Positions 29,995-39,490 of a DNA stretch of 64,000 nucleotides are shown here, in pieces; the first letter of the stretch is position 1, and every line of letters starts with the position of its first letter. This DNA comes from Cyanobacteria bacterium P01_A01_bin.123. GTDB taxonomy: Bacteria > Cyanobacteriota > Cyanobacteriia > Phormidesmidales > Phormidesmidaceae. Position numbers and translations under genes: made by a program. Where the stretch lies: positions 1 through 64,000 of the forward strand of contig JBCBZT010000036.1 of NCBI GenBank assembly GCA_039815185.1, given 5' to 3'. The notes under the pieces are model-generated. The model saw nothing but the letters and a program-made list of their open reading frames with translations. It had not been told where the DNA came from and did no database searches.

Positions 29995-32376
29995 TTAATT
30001 ATGACCTGCTCCTTCCTGCTCTGCCACAATTCGTTTGACCTGCACCACGCTATCGGGGTTGAGGGAGATTGAGTCTATCCCCTGCTCCACTAAAAATGCT
30101 GCAAACTCAGGATAATCGCTGGGGGCTTGGCCGCAGATGCCGACCTTGCGTCCGGCAGCGTGGGCGGTTTTAATTACGTGGGCGATCGCCAACTTGACGG
30201 CCTCATCCTGCTCATCAAACAGCTCAGCCAGTTCCCCAGAGTCGCGATCGACCCCCAGCACCAGCTGAGTCAAATCATTGCTGCCAATGGAAAAGCCGTC
30301 GAACCGTTCCGCGAATTTGTCGGCCAAGAACACGTTGGCGGGGATTTCGCACATGACGTAGACCTGCAAACCGTTTTCGCCCCGCTGAAGGCCGTTGTCG
30401 GCCAGGACTTGCAACACCCGGTCGGCTTCGCTCACCTTGCGGCAAAACGGCACCATGATAATCACATTGTCGAAGCCCATTTGTTCTCGCACCCGCTTGA
30501 TGGCCTGACACTCTAGGGCAAAGCCAGCCCGATAGCGATCGCTGTAATACCGGGCTGCCCCCCGAAAGCCCAACATCGGGTTCGATTCGGGTGGTTCAAA
30601 TTCTCGTCCACCAATCAGGTCAGCGTATTCATTTGTTTTGAAATCGCTAAGGCGCACGATCACTGGATGGGGATATTGAGAGGCTGCAATTTTGCCAATG
30701 CCGCGAGACAGGTTATCGACAAAATATTCCCGCTTGTCTTTGTAGCCCTGGGTCATGTTGCGGATAGTTTGCCAAGCGTCGCGATCGCTGAGCTTGTCGT
30801 AGTTCACCAGGGCCATGGGGTGAATTTTGATCAGGTTGTTGATAATAAACTCCATCCGGGCCAGGCCAATGCCTTTTGCAGGCAGCTGCCACCAGTGGAA
30901 TGCGGCTGAAGGACTGGCAATATTCATCATGAGCTGGGTGCGGGTGGGGGGCACACTCGCTAGATCGACATCCACCGATTCAAAGTTGAGTAATCCGGGA
31001 TAAACAACGCCGCGATCGCCTTCGGCACAGGAAATCGTCACCGCCTGATCGTTTTTCAAGATGCGAGTGGCGTCACCCGTGCCCACGATCGCCGGAATTC
31101 CCAGCTCTCGACTAACGATGGCGGCGTGGCAGGTGCGACCGCCGTAGTCGGTGACGATACCCGCGACTCGCTTCATTACGGGCACCCAGTCGGGATCGGT
31201 CATTTCAGTGACCAAGACGCTCCCATCCGTCACCCGATCAATATCCTTAGGATCCAGGACTCGGCAGACTTTGCCCGCTGCGATCGCATCCCCAATGCTC
31301 AACCCCTGCAAAATGGGGGCTGCTTTATCTCTGAGCTTGTAGGTTTTGAGCGTGCCGCCGGTTTTTTGCGACTGCACGGTTTCCGGACGTGCCTGGACGA
31401 CAAACAACTCTCCCGTGTCCCCATCCTTGGCCCACTCCACATCCATCGGGCCACCATAGTGAGCTTCAATCGCAACGGCCCATCGGGCCAGCTGCAAGAT
31501 TTCATCATCACTCACCACAAAAGCTTTCCGTTCTTTTCCGGTAGTATCAACGGTTTTCACAGTGGCCTTGCTGCTCTCGCTGGCATAGACCATTTTTTGG
31601 GTCTTGCTGCCCTTGGTCTTTTCAATAATCGGGCTGTAACCCGCTTTGAGCAGGGGTTTGAACACTGTGAACTGATCGGGCGTTACGCTACCCTGCACCA
31701 CCGTTTCTCCTAGCCCCCAAGCCCCGGTTAGCAGTACCGCATCTGGGAAACCCGACTCGGTGTCAATCGAAAACATGACGCCAGCACAGGCTTTATCCGA
31801 GCGCACCATTTTTTGCACCCCGATGGATAAAGCCACTGTCATATGGTCGAACTGCTTTTCTTCCCGGTAGCTGATGGCCCGATTAGTAAACAAAGAGGCA
31901 TAGCACTTACGGCAGGCATCTAAGAGCTCCGTTTCGCCGCTAATATTCAAAAAAGTTTCTTGCTGTCCAGCAAAGCTGGCGTCGGGCAGGTCTTCGGCGG
32001 TGGCGCTGCTGCGCACGGCAGTATCGGCTTCGGTGACGCCATAGCGTTGGCTAAGGTCGCGATAGGCTTGGCGGATGGCGGCTTCAAGTTCTTCGGGAAA
32101 GGAGGCCATCAGAAACAAGCGGCGGATCGCTTTGCCCGTATCAGCCAAGCGTTGTTTGCCTTGATTGAAGGCATCAAGTTGGCATTGGATGGCGTCGGCA
32201 AGTTGGTTGAACTTTACAAAAGTGCGATAAGCATCTGAGGTGATAGCGAACCCACCGGGCACTTGAACACCCTGCGATTTGAGGGTGCTAATTAATTCAC
32301 CCAGGGAAGCATTTTTACCCCCGACACGCTCGATATCTTGGTTATTAAGCTGTTCTAACCAGAGAATATAGTCCAT
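29995..32376 (-). CDS. ppsA: Phosphoenolpyruvate synthase
   Basis: VGGKNASLGE, RSSATAEDLPDASFAGQQET, GGRTCHAAIVSRE, FSIGSNDLTQ. Confidence 0.96.
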   Translation of the reverse strand: MDYILWLEQLNNQDIERVGGKNASLGELISTLKSQGVQVPGGFAITSDAYRTFVKFNQLADAIQCQLDAFNQGKQRLADTGKAIRRLFLMASFPEELEAAIRQAYRDLSQRYGVTEADTAVRSSATAEDLPDASFAGQQETFLNISGETELLDACRKCYASLFTNRAISYREEKQFDHMTVALSIGVQKMVRSDKACAGVMFSIDTESGFPDAVLLTGAWGLGETVVQGSVTPDQFTVFKPLLKAGYSPIIEKTKGSKTQKMVYASESSKATVKTVDTTGKERKAFVVSDDEILQLARWAVAIEAHYGGPMDVEWAKDGDTGELFVVQARPETVQSQKTGGTLKTYKLRDKAAPILQGLSIGDAIAAGKVCRVLDPKDIDRVTDGSVLVTEMTDPDWVPVMKRVAGIVTDYGGRTCHAAIVSRELGIPAIVGTGDATRILKNDQAVTISCAEGDRGVVYPGLLNFESVDVDLASVPPTRTQLMMNIASPSAAFHWWQLPAKGIGLARMEFIINNLIKIHPMALVNYDKLSDRDAWQTIRNMTQGYKDKREYFVDNLSRGIGKIAASQYPHPVIVRLSDFKTNEYADLIGGREFEPPESNPMLGFRGAARYYSDRYRAGFALECQAIKRVREQMGFDNVIIMVPFCRKVSEADRVLQVLADNGLQRGENGLQVYVMCEIPANVFLADKFAERFDGFSIGSNDLTQLVLGVDRDSGELAELFDEQDEAVKLAIAHVIKTAHAAGRKVGICGQAPSDYPEFAAFLVEQGIDSISLNPDSVVQVKRIVAEQEGAGHN

Positions 32377-32731
32377 TCCGATTCAAGCCTCCACTGCCTT
32401 GACCTCAACCCCGGCAAAACCCGTGACTTATTTACTCGGTGACTTATTGACTAGAAATAAGAGGCCTAAAAATCGCTCATTTCTCGATTATGGCAACCCA
32501 TGATTGCCATGTTAAGTCATATGCTCAACCAACATTCGGCCTCAAGCTTCGGTTCAAAATAAGGATGAGGCAATTCATCAAGCGGGGCAGCTTTATTGGG
32601 ATTTCGATGACCCAAATGCTGGCTGGGGTGGGGGGAAATCCAAACGGTAACAACCAAACTGCGAAGCCAGTCGTTCAGCACCTAGCTCAAAAAGCCTTGG
32701 GTTGCAGCACGGCTGAGGAGATGTGTCACCG

Positions 32732-33676
32732 ATGATCCCAACACGCATTGCGACGGTCACCCTAAATCCTGCCATTGACCAAACCGTGGCGATTGCTAAT
32801 TTTCAACCCAATGCAGTTAACCGCATCAGTTGGGAGCAAGCTGATGCGGGCGGCAAGGGGGTAAATGTTGCTGCCTTTTTGGCAGACTACGGGTGTCAAG
32901 TCAGCGCTACCGGATTTTTAGGCCAGGACAATCCTGACCTGTTTGAAAAGCTGTTTTATCAGAAGCAAATTGACGATCGCTTTATTCGCATCCCTGGCAA
33001 AACGCGGGTCAACGTCAAAATTGTCGATGACGCCCAGGGCCAAGTGACCGACATTAACTTTCCAGGACAAGAAGAACATCCCGGAGATTTGAATAAGCTG
33101 GAAAGCGCGATCGCGTCCTTGGCTCAGTCTCACCAGTGGTTTATCTTCTCAGGTAGTGTCCCGGTGGGACTGCCCACGACGATCTATCACGACCTAATTG
33201 AACCCCTTAAGGATCGAGATATCCCGGTGGTGATTGACACCAGCGGCGCTGCCCTGCGCCACGCCCTGTCGGCCCAACCTTATCTGATTAAGCCCAACCT
33301 TGCGGAACTGCGCGAGTTGATGGATCAACCGTTGGATACCGAAGCCAACATTGTTAAGGCAGCCCGGCAACTGGTCAACTTCGGAATTTGCCATGTGGTG
33401 GTGTCAATGGGCGGAGAGGGAGCCTTATTTATCAACGAGCAAACCATAATCCAGGCCCAACCCCCTCGGATCGAAGTGAAAAGCACCGTCGGTGCGGGGG
33501 ATGCCTTGGTTGCTGGGTTGGTTGCAGGCCTCTCCCATGGCAAACCCTGGGCGGACTGTGCTGCTTTGGCCACCGCCTTTGCTATGGCGGCCCTGAGCCA
33601 GATTGGAGCTGGTCTGCCATCCCGCGATGTCGTTGATCAAAATTGCGATCGCGTCACCCTACGATTTTTAGATTGA
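32732..33676 (+). CDS. pfkB: 1-phosphofructokinase family hexose kinase
   Basis: TVTLNPAID, GGKGVNVA, IKPNLAEL, STVGAGDA. Confidence 0.88.
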   Translation: MIPTRIATVTLNPAIDQTVAIANFQPNAVNRISWEQADAGGKGVNVAAFLADYGCQVSATGFLGQDNPDLFEKLFYQKQIDDRFIRIPGKTRVNVKIVDDAQGQVTDINFPGQEEHPGDLNKLESAIASLAQSHQWFIFSGSVPVGLPTTIYHDLIEPLKDRDIPVVIDTSGAALRHALSAQPYLIKPNLAELRELMDQPLDTEANIVKAARQLVNFGICHVVVSMGGEGALFINEQTIIQAQPPRIEVKSTVGAGDALVAGLVAGLSHGKPWADCAALATAFAMAALSQIGAGLPSRDVVDQNCDRVTLRFLD

Positions 33677-33789
33677 AACTTTAGACAGTGCAGCTCAAAC
33701 GCCTCTCTTTTGGGCAAGTTATGCAGAAAAAAAGTGGGTAAAGCCGACTAAAACAATCGTTAGAGTGCATCGAGACACAGTGCTTCGGC

Positions 33790-33815
33790 TGTCCGCTTTC
33801 GACCCAAAACGGACA
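33790..33815. repeat. 26-bp imperfect palindrome, left copy
   Basis: tgtccgctttcgacccaaaacggaca; similar to 36393-36418. Confidence 0.6.
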
Positions 33816-34170
33816 TTGCTGGCATTACATCCAAAGTTGCTCCCTTATTGTCCCACCCGGACTTGAACAAATTAGCTCCCCTCTGGGTGAGTTCACAACG
33901 TCGCAGCGCGACATGCAGTGCACATCAATTTATCTCCAGATAGGCCAGTGCCACATCAGCAAGGCCATCCACCAGATCGTCAACTTGCTGCTGCCGCTTG
34001 GCGATATCCCGATGCTTGCGTTGGGTAGCGTTTGCCGTGGCCGGTCCAGCCAAAATTTGATGCCCTCACGCAGGATGCTGGATATTCCATAGTCGCGGGC
34101 GCCTCCCGAGCTCGACGATGCCTTGGCTTGCTGACTCCGCACAGCTTCCGGACTCGAGCTTTTGAACAAG

Positions 34171-34210
34171 TTGACCGATGATTTGACCATTAGTTTGACC
34201 GATGGTCAAA
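34171..34210. promoter_or_regulatory. Putative TetR operator
   Basis: Perfect palindrome TTTGACC-GAT-GGTCAAA (34194-34210) preceded by two more TTGACC half-sites, directly upstream of the TetR gene. Confidence 0.65.
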
Positions 34211-34255
34211 TCAGTGCTAGGTTGTGTTGGAAACATGAGTCAGAGAGGACAAAAC

Positions 34256-35665
34256 ATGAGTCAGAGAAGACAAGCGGTGCCCTCGTCCGAACACCAACGG
34301 GAAATGTTGCTGGAGGCCGCCACCGCCGAGTTTGCAGTGAATGGCTTCGAGGCGACCTCCATCCAGAAAGTTGCTTCGGCCGCCGGTGTCAGCAAAGCTA
34401 AGATCTTCTATTACTTCGACAACAAAGAGGATCTCTACACTCGAGTACTGGACCGGACCCTCCAGCCCCTCCTTGCGCCCCTCGAGTCCGTCCCACAGGC
34501 GAGCTCGGCCGAGTCGTATTGGACCTCGCTCGAATCGGGACTGAACTTCGCGTTCGAGTTCAGCCGCCAAGATCTGTGCGCTGCTGCGCTCGTACGGGAT
34601 CTCTATCGCCGCGGCGGGGACTCTGCATCGCTTCAACGCCTACTTGACCGCGCCCGAGCTGCGATCAGTACGTGGTTGCGCGACGGGCGGCAGCTCGGGG
34701 CTGTGAGGACAGACCTGCCCGTGCTGATTCTCGCCGAAGCTGTCGTAGGAGCACTCGTCCACGTGGACCGCTGGCTGGCTTCGCATACCGACGCCGATGG
34801 TGCAGCCGAGGATCTCCTATCTAGCGCGTCGCTTGCCGCACTTGCGCGCGACGCCCTCCAACAACGCCCACCTTCGGAGTGCGAGTCAGAGGTCACCTAC
34901 GCCGCCGAGGACGTCCCCCGCGAAACCGACGCCTACCTCGACGTTTCCGCGACGGTGACGCGCCGGGTCACCATGCGCAATGGCCGCCATCGGCATCCCG
35001 CCCCTAGCTTCGATCGCGAGGGCTTCCAGCTCATCGCCGCACCGACGGTGTTTGCCCAACCGCCTAGCGACAGCGAAGCAAGGGTGGCCTATGGCGCGAT
35101 CGAAGCGGCGCTCAAGGATCGCCTCGGAGCTTCCTTCGCCTGGGTATTCGATCATACGGTGCGGCATACGGAGCACACTCCGGGGCGACGTCCCCCGATT
35201 CGCATCGTCCACGCGGATTACGGACGCGGAGCAGGCGTTCGTAGACTCTGGGAGTTACTCCCACACGCCAAGGCTGAACGATGGGCAGGCTCCCGCGTCA
35301 TCGTGGCGAATCTCTGGCAATCGGTAGCCGGGGTTGTTCACTCCACGCCTCTGGCCTTCGTAGACATCACCTCCGTTCGCGACGAGGACTTTATCCCGGT
35401 TACGGTTCACTACCCCGACCGAGACGGGGAGGTCGGTTACTACCGGCCCAACAAAGACCACCGCTGGTACTGGTTTCCGTTCCTGCGTCCCTCCGAGTCA
35501 TTGTTGTTCAAAACCTTCGACGAACTGCCGGGCGAGCATCACTGGTCCTGCCCCCACGCCGCCTTTACAGCCCCCAACTCTCCCAAGGAGCTTGCGGGGC
35601 GACGAACGAGCATCGAATTCCGGATCTTGCTTGCTTTCGAGCACGACTCGCGAGGTGCAGCATGA
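34256..35665 (+). CDS. TetR/AcrR regulator fused to a CmcJ/NvfI (AsaB-like) oxidoreductase domain
   Basis: HTH AATAEFAVNGFEATSIQKVASAAGVSKAKIFYYFDNKEDL; C-domain FDREGFQL, FDHTVR, VHADY, HRWYWF, FKTFD, CPHAAF, RTSIEFR. The start could also be 34235 or 34202. Confidence 0.8.
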   Translation: MSQRRQAVPSSEHQREMLLEAATAEFAVNGFEATSIQKVASAAGVSKAKIFYYFDNKEDLYTRVLDRTLQPLLAPLESVPQASSAESYWTSLESGLNFAFEFSRQDLCAAALVRDLYRRGGDSASLQRLLDRARAAISTWLRDGRQLGAVRTDLPVLILAEAVVGALVHVDRWLASHTDADGAAEDLLSSASLAALARDALQQRPPSECESEVTYAAEDVPRETDAYLDVSATVTRRVTMRNGRHRHPAPSFDREGFQLIAAPTVFAQPPSDSEARVAYGAIEAALKDRLGASFAWVFDHTVRHTEHTPGRRPPIRIVHADYGRGAGVRRLWELLPHAKAERWAGSRVIVANLWQSVAGVVHSTPLAFVDITSVRDEDFIPVTVHYPDRDGEVGYYRPNKDHRWYWFPFLRPSESLLFKTFDELPGEHHWSCPHAAFTAPNSPKELAGRRTSIEFRILLAFEHDSRGAA

Positions 35666-36363
35666 GCCTACTCCAACCATTCGGAGACCGAATCTGGATC
35701 TGCGACGGGCCACAGGTGCGGATGATGACGATCCCGTTTGCAACGCGCATGACCATCGTCGAACTCGAGCCCGGAAATCTCTGGGTCCATTCGCCGCTCG
35801 AACCCACCCCGGAGGTACAGGAGGCAGTCGAAGCGCTTGGTGCCGTGAAGTTCATCGTCGCGCCGAATAAGATTCACAGCCTTGGAGTCGGCCCGTGGAA
35901 GGAGCGATACCCGTCGGCCGAGGTCTGGGGCTCTCCCCGCTTCCGCGAGCGGCACCCAGGCGCTCTCGTCAACCACGTCATTGAGACGGATACTCCGCAG
36001 GCGTGGGGCGGTCAGATCGACGCCCTCTGCTTCGGTGGAAGCAGCTTTCTCGACGAGGTCGTCTTCTACCACAGACGTTCGGGGACGTTGATCCTCACCG
36101 ATCTCATCCAGCGCCACGATCCAGCGGGAGAATCCTGGTTCTGGCGTTTCGTCAAACGCACTGTGGGCGTCCTTGGCCCGTCGGGCGGAACCGCCAAGGA
36201 TCTGAGGAGTACCTTCGGTGATCTCGATGCGGCCCGAGCCAGCGCGGAGGCGCTCCTTCGTTGGGACTTCGACCGCGTAGCGATCGCGCACGGCATTTGC
36301 ATCACCGAAGATGCCCATCGCACCGTCAAGAAAGCCTTCGACTGGGCGCTCAAAACCGATTGA
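35662..36363 (+). CDS. DUF4336 family protein (metallo-beta-lactamase-like fold)
   Basis: TRMTIVEL..LWVHSP, IVAPNKIH, EVVFYHRRSGTLILTDL, WDFDRVAIAHG; ATGA overlap with the upstream stop. Confidence 0.85.
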   Translation: MSLLQPFGDRIWICDGPQVRMMTIPFATRMTIVELEPGNLWVHSPLEPTPEVQEAVEALGAVKFIVAPNKIHSLGVGPWKERYPSAEVWGSPRFRERHPGALVNHVIETDTPQAWGGQIDALCFGGSSFLDEVVFYHRRSGTLILTDLIQRHDPAGESWFWRFVKRTVGVLGPSGGTAKDLRSTFGDLDAARASAEALLRWDFDRVAIAHGICITEDAHRTVKKAFDWALKTD

Positions 36364-36392
36364 TCATGCCGATAAGTGAGAGACTGAGTTTA

Positions 36393-36418
36393 CGTCCGCT
36401 ATTGGCCGACAGCAGACG
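36393..36418. repeat. 26-bp imperfect palindrome, right copy
   Basis: cgtccgctattggccgacagcagacg. Confidence 0.55.
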
Positions 36419-36462
36419 ATTACGCACTCAAATCAGCAATCTAATAGGTTACGGCGCATACG

Positions 36463-36561
36463 ATCTAACCTGACTTTGAAGCTGACGTGGCAACCTGTCA
36501 CGGACCTTGCTCGTACAAGTCCTGCGCCAGAACAGCGCTACAGCTTAACTCGGCGTTAGAG
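36463..36561 (+). other. attC recombination site
   Basis: R'' ATCTAAC, 5-bp spacer, L'' TTTGAAGCTG pairing with L' CAGCTTAAC with one extra G, R' GTTAGAG; 99 bp. Confidence 0.8.
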
Positions 36562-36571
36562 ATCCGATTTA

Positions 36572-36681
36572 GATGAAGCAATGCGACGCGACGCATCAAT
36601 CCGTCAACTAGAAACACTCATTTTGGGGCGTCGTTGCAATTACATTCACCATCATCCACTGCGCCACAGGTTGTATAAAAG
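36572..36681 (+). repeat. Degenerate ~110-bp repeat, copy 1 (copy 2 at 60984-61089)
   Basis: Shared blocks atcaatccgtYaactag, ttttggg, ttgcaattaYattcacca, ggttgt. Confidence 0.7.
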
Positions 36682-36840
36682 TGCGATCGCCTGCTAGAAC
36701 TCAACCACCAGCGCTACGTTGAGGAAGTAGCCCAGGGTTTACACGATAAGAAAGTAAAAGCCGAAAACGAAAGCCACCTCAAATTTAGACATTACCCTAG
36801 AAGCAACCGCCACTGAAGCACAAACTAACCTCTTGTACCT

Positions 36841-37095
36841 ATGCAAACCATCCAAATCCAACTGCCCGACACCATCTTCTCTGCCCTACGCAAAGCCCCC
36901 AAGGAGTTTGTGCAAGCAATGCGCATCGCTGCCGCTGTCAAGTGGTACGAACTGGGTGAAATTTCCCAAGGAAAAGCCGCCGAGGTCGCTGGCCTCAGCC
37001 GAGCAGCCTTTATCAACACCCTGGCCCACTATCAGGTCTCAGTCTTTCAGTACACTGCCGAAGACCTTGCCGAGGAGCTAGCCGACATTGTCTGA
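36841..37095 (+). CDS. UPF0175 family antitoxin-like protein
   Basis: MRIAAAVKWYELGEISQGKAAEVAGLSRAAF. Confidence 0.85.
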   Translation: MQTIQIQLPDTIFSALRKAPKEFVQAMRIAAAVKWYELGEISQGKAAEVAGLSRAAFINTLAHYQVSVFQYTAEDLAEELADIV

Positions 37096-37170
37096 CCCTG
37101 CCCTCAATGTCGTCATCAACACCTCGCCCCTGATTGTCCTTTTCAAAAGTGGTCTGGCTGAGCGGTTTCC
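37088..37170 (+). pseudogene. Truncated DUF3368 (PIN-like toxin) gene
   Basis: VVINTSPLIVLFK N-terminal motif overlapping the UPF0175 stop; similarity lost after about 27 codons. Confidence 0.65.
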
Positions 37171-37344
37171 TGGAGTCAATCGCCGCTCCTCAGTTTTGGG
37201 CGGAGTTTCCTGGAGATCCTGGGTTGGGCTTGATGTAAACTCTCCATGGGTATGTTCTCATGGCCAACTGCAGGATATAAAAACTACAATTTATTGGGGC
37301 ATATCCTCAATTAATATCGGGGCATTACATCTGAAATGCCGCCG

Positions 37345-38028
37345 ATGAGACCTTTGCTTAAATCTAAAGATCAAAAATACCGACAGCTGCTGATCGTTCT
37401 GATCTTTACATTTGTCGTTTCTCCATTTTTGCGGGATGGGATAGGTAATATTTTCTCTATTTCGCTACTGCTGTATACCATCATCATTGTTATCAAAAGC
37501 TTTGCGCTACCCAGACGCTTGATGATGGTGTACGGTGCGATTGCAATCATTGCCTTTTGCTTCGGGGTAATGTCTAGCCTTGGCTGGATCAGTTACCTAA
37601 ATCAGCCCCTGAGGCTGATCTCCCAAACTATTTTTGCCCTCTACCTAACAGGGGCCGCCTACTGGATTGGCCGAGATATCTTTACCGCTCCCGAGGTTAC
37701 CATCGATATCGTGAGAGGTGGAATCAGTGTTTACCTGCTGATTGGGTTTATCTGGGCCTTGCTATACGGCATTGTCAATACCCTGGATGCTAATGCCTTC
37801 TCCCAACCCCTGGTCCAGATAGGCTCTTACCTCAGGACAATTCACTTTAGTTTTACCACCCTGACCACCCTGGGGTATGGCGATATTGTTCCCCTGAGCG
37901 AGGTTGCCCAGGTACTGACAAACCTAGAGGCCATCATAGGGCAGATGTATTCCTCTGTTTTTATTGCCATTTTGATTGGGAGCTATTTGTCACAGCGGTC
38001 TAGGCCCCATGGTAACGAAGAGATGTAA
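37345..38028 (+). CDS. Potassium-channel family (Ion_trans_2) membrane protein
   Basis: Pore motif FSFTTLTTLGYGDIVP, EAIIGQMY. Confidence 0.88.
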   Translation: MRPLLKSKDQKYRQLLIVLIFTFVVSPFLRDGIGNIFSISLLLYTIIIVIKSFALPRRLMMVYGAIAIIAFCFGVMSSLGWISYLNQPLRLISQTIFALYLTGAAYWIGRDIFTAPEVTIDIVRGGISVYLLIGFIWALLYGIVNTLDANAFSQPLVQIGSYLRTIHFSFTTLTTLGYGDIVPLSEVAQVLTNLEAIIGQMYSSVFIAILIGSYLSQRSRPHGNEEM

Positions 38029-38041
38029 GATAAACCACACA

Positions 38042-38399
38042 CGATCGCGCTCATTTCCACCGGCTCACCGCCAAAGATCAACCGCTCTACGGCCCCTTTG
38101 AGAATTTCAAAGCAGGCAATGCCCAGAAATGCGGCAATTCCCAGTGCTCCCACCGCCTCAAACTTCTGGTGTCCATAGGGATGATCGCGATCAGGTTGGG
38201 GAGAGGCCAACTGATTGATCACTAGGCCCAACACGTTATTCGCACTGTCAGTCACGCTATGCAGGGCATCGGCCATCAGGCTGAGGGAGCCCGTCCACCA
38301 GCCCACCCAGCCTTTGAGCAATACCACCGTCAAATTGAGCAGCAGCGTAGTCACCAGCACTCGCCGCACCGCACCCCGATGATCGACAATTGCAGCCAT
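38042..38399 (-). pseudogene. 3'-truncated cation diffusion facilitator
   Basis: SLSLMADALHSVTDSANN, HPYGHQKFEA present; only ~120 codons before an unrelated tail. Confidence 0.8.
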
Positions 38400-38464
38400 A
38401 TCCTGAATCACAGCTCTACATCCCCCGCAACATCCCTCTAGGGGCATTGTAAGAAACCAAAGGG

Positions 38465-39301
38465 TTAACAGTCGGCTTCCGGGATGGGAAAGATCTGAAA
38501 TGAATAGGCTTTCACTTCGTTGGCAGCTTGGAAGGGATGGTCGCTGACCTTTTGCTTGATGATGTCGTCGATAATCTGATATTTACTGCTGCCAATAATT
38601 TTGGGATCTTCTATGAGTGATCCAGAGCCATCGATCACAACCCCCACAGTGACCAACCCGGGGCTCGGGTCTAAACACTCGTTCAACGGATAAGTCACCG
38701 ATATCAACTCGGGAATTGAAGCATCTTCGGCTGAAACACTATGGTTTGCAAGCACATTCGCTTTCCACTGATCTAGCTCATCCCTGACATTGGCAGTGTT
38801 TCCAGCATTGGAATTGTAAGCATAGTTTTGACGGTCTGCGGCGCGGCTGTAGAGGTCTTGATCGTCTGTATCGTCTCCAGTATCGCTGCCACTCTCCTCG
38901 TCAGAGCCGTCGTCGTTGACGTTTGAATTGCCAGTTGTGGTGTCGGCGTCAGCGTTTTCCGGTTCGGTGTCTGTCTCATCGTTAGTTAGGGGCGGAGCAG
39001 CAGCGGCTTGAGCCGGGGTAGGCTGGGGCCGGGGTTGTTGGGCCGATTGTGAATTGGGTTCCGCCTTAGGTTCAGGGGTAGGCTCTACCTCGGGTTCAGG
39101 GAGTTTGGGTAGGCGGGCGACTTGAATGGTTTCGGTTTCTGTGGGCAGGGGTTGAACGATCGGCTCTTCTTCAGCTTGCTGACCTGGCATTGGCACAAAC
39201 ATCAGCACAACGGCGTGAGCCCCCACGCTCAGTAAAAACATGGGGAACAAAAATGACTTAAGCGATCGCCGCAGGTGCTGAAAATCAACCAATAGACTCA
39301 T
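38465..39301 (-). CDS. TonB-like protein
   Basis: N-terminal TM SVGAHAVVL, Pro/Glu-rich spacer, C-terminal YP..C..G.VTVGVVIDGSG...SSKYQIID. Confidence 0.65.
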   Translation of the reverse strand: MSLLVDFQHLRRSLKSFLFPMFLLSVGAHAVVLMFVPMPGQQAEEEPIVQPLPTETETIQVARLPKLPEPEVEPTPEPKAEPNSQSAQQPRPQPTPAQAAAAPPLTNDETDTEPENADADTTTGNSNVNDDGSDEESGSDTGDDTDDQDLYSRAADRQNYAYNSNAGNTANVRDELDQWKANVLANHSVSAEDASIPELISVTYPLNECLDPSPGLVTVGVVIDGSGSLIEDPKIIGSSKYQIIDDIIKQKVSDHPFQAANEVKAYSFQIFPIPEADC

Positions 39302-39490
39302 GGCGTTGACCGTTACTTCAGAGGCTACAATAGCGCAGGAACCACTTGGAGACGATACGGGATAGCCTAATTCGCGAAATTTTTATTTAGCAAATATTAA
39401 GGCTTCCAACGTCTACCCTAAGTTAAATCCTAGATGGCCCATTTCGGGTATAGGTTATGCAGGTGGACAGTTCGGAGAGTGGCAGAAGCA

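Larger units (their letters stand above)
33759..36561 (+). mobile_element. Integron-type gene cassette (GTTAGAG ... attC), GC-rich cargo, no adjacent integrase
   Basis: CGTTAGAG at both ends; canonical attC at 36463-36561; abrupt GC and codon shift inside. Confidence 0.65.

Noticed and set aside
33930..34190. 86-aa minus-strand ORF in the cassette
   Set aside because: No recognisable family; at most a gene fragment carried with the cargo.
35281..35661. N-terminal extension of the DUF4336 ORF (360 aa in the track)
   Set aside because: It overlaps the upstream gene out of frame; the ATG at 35662 coupled to the upstream stop is the better start.
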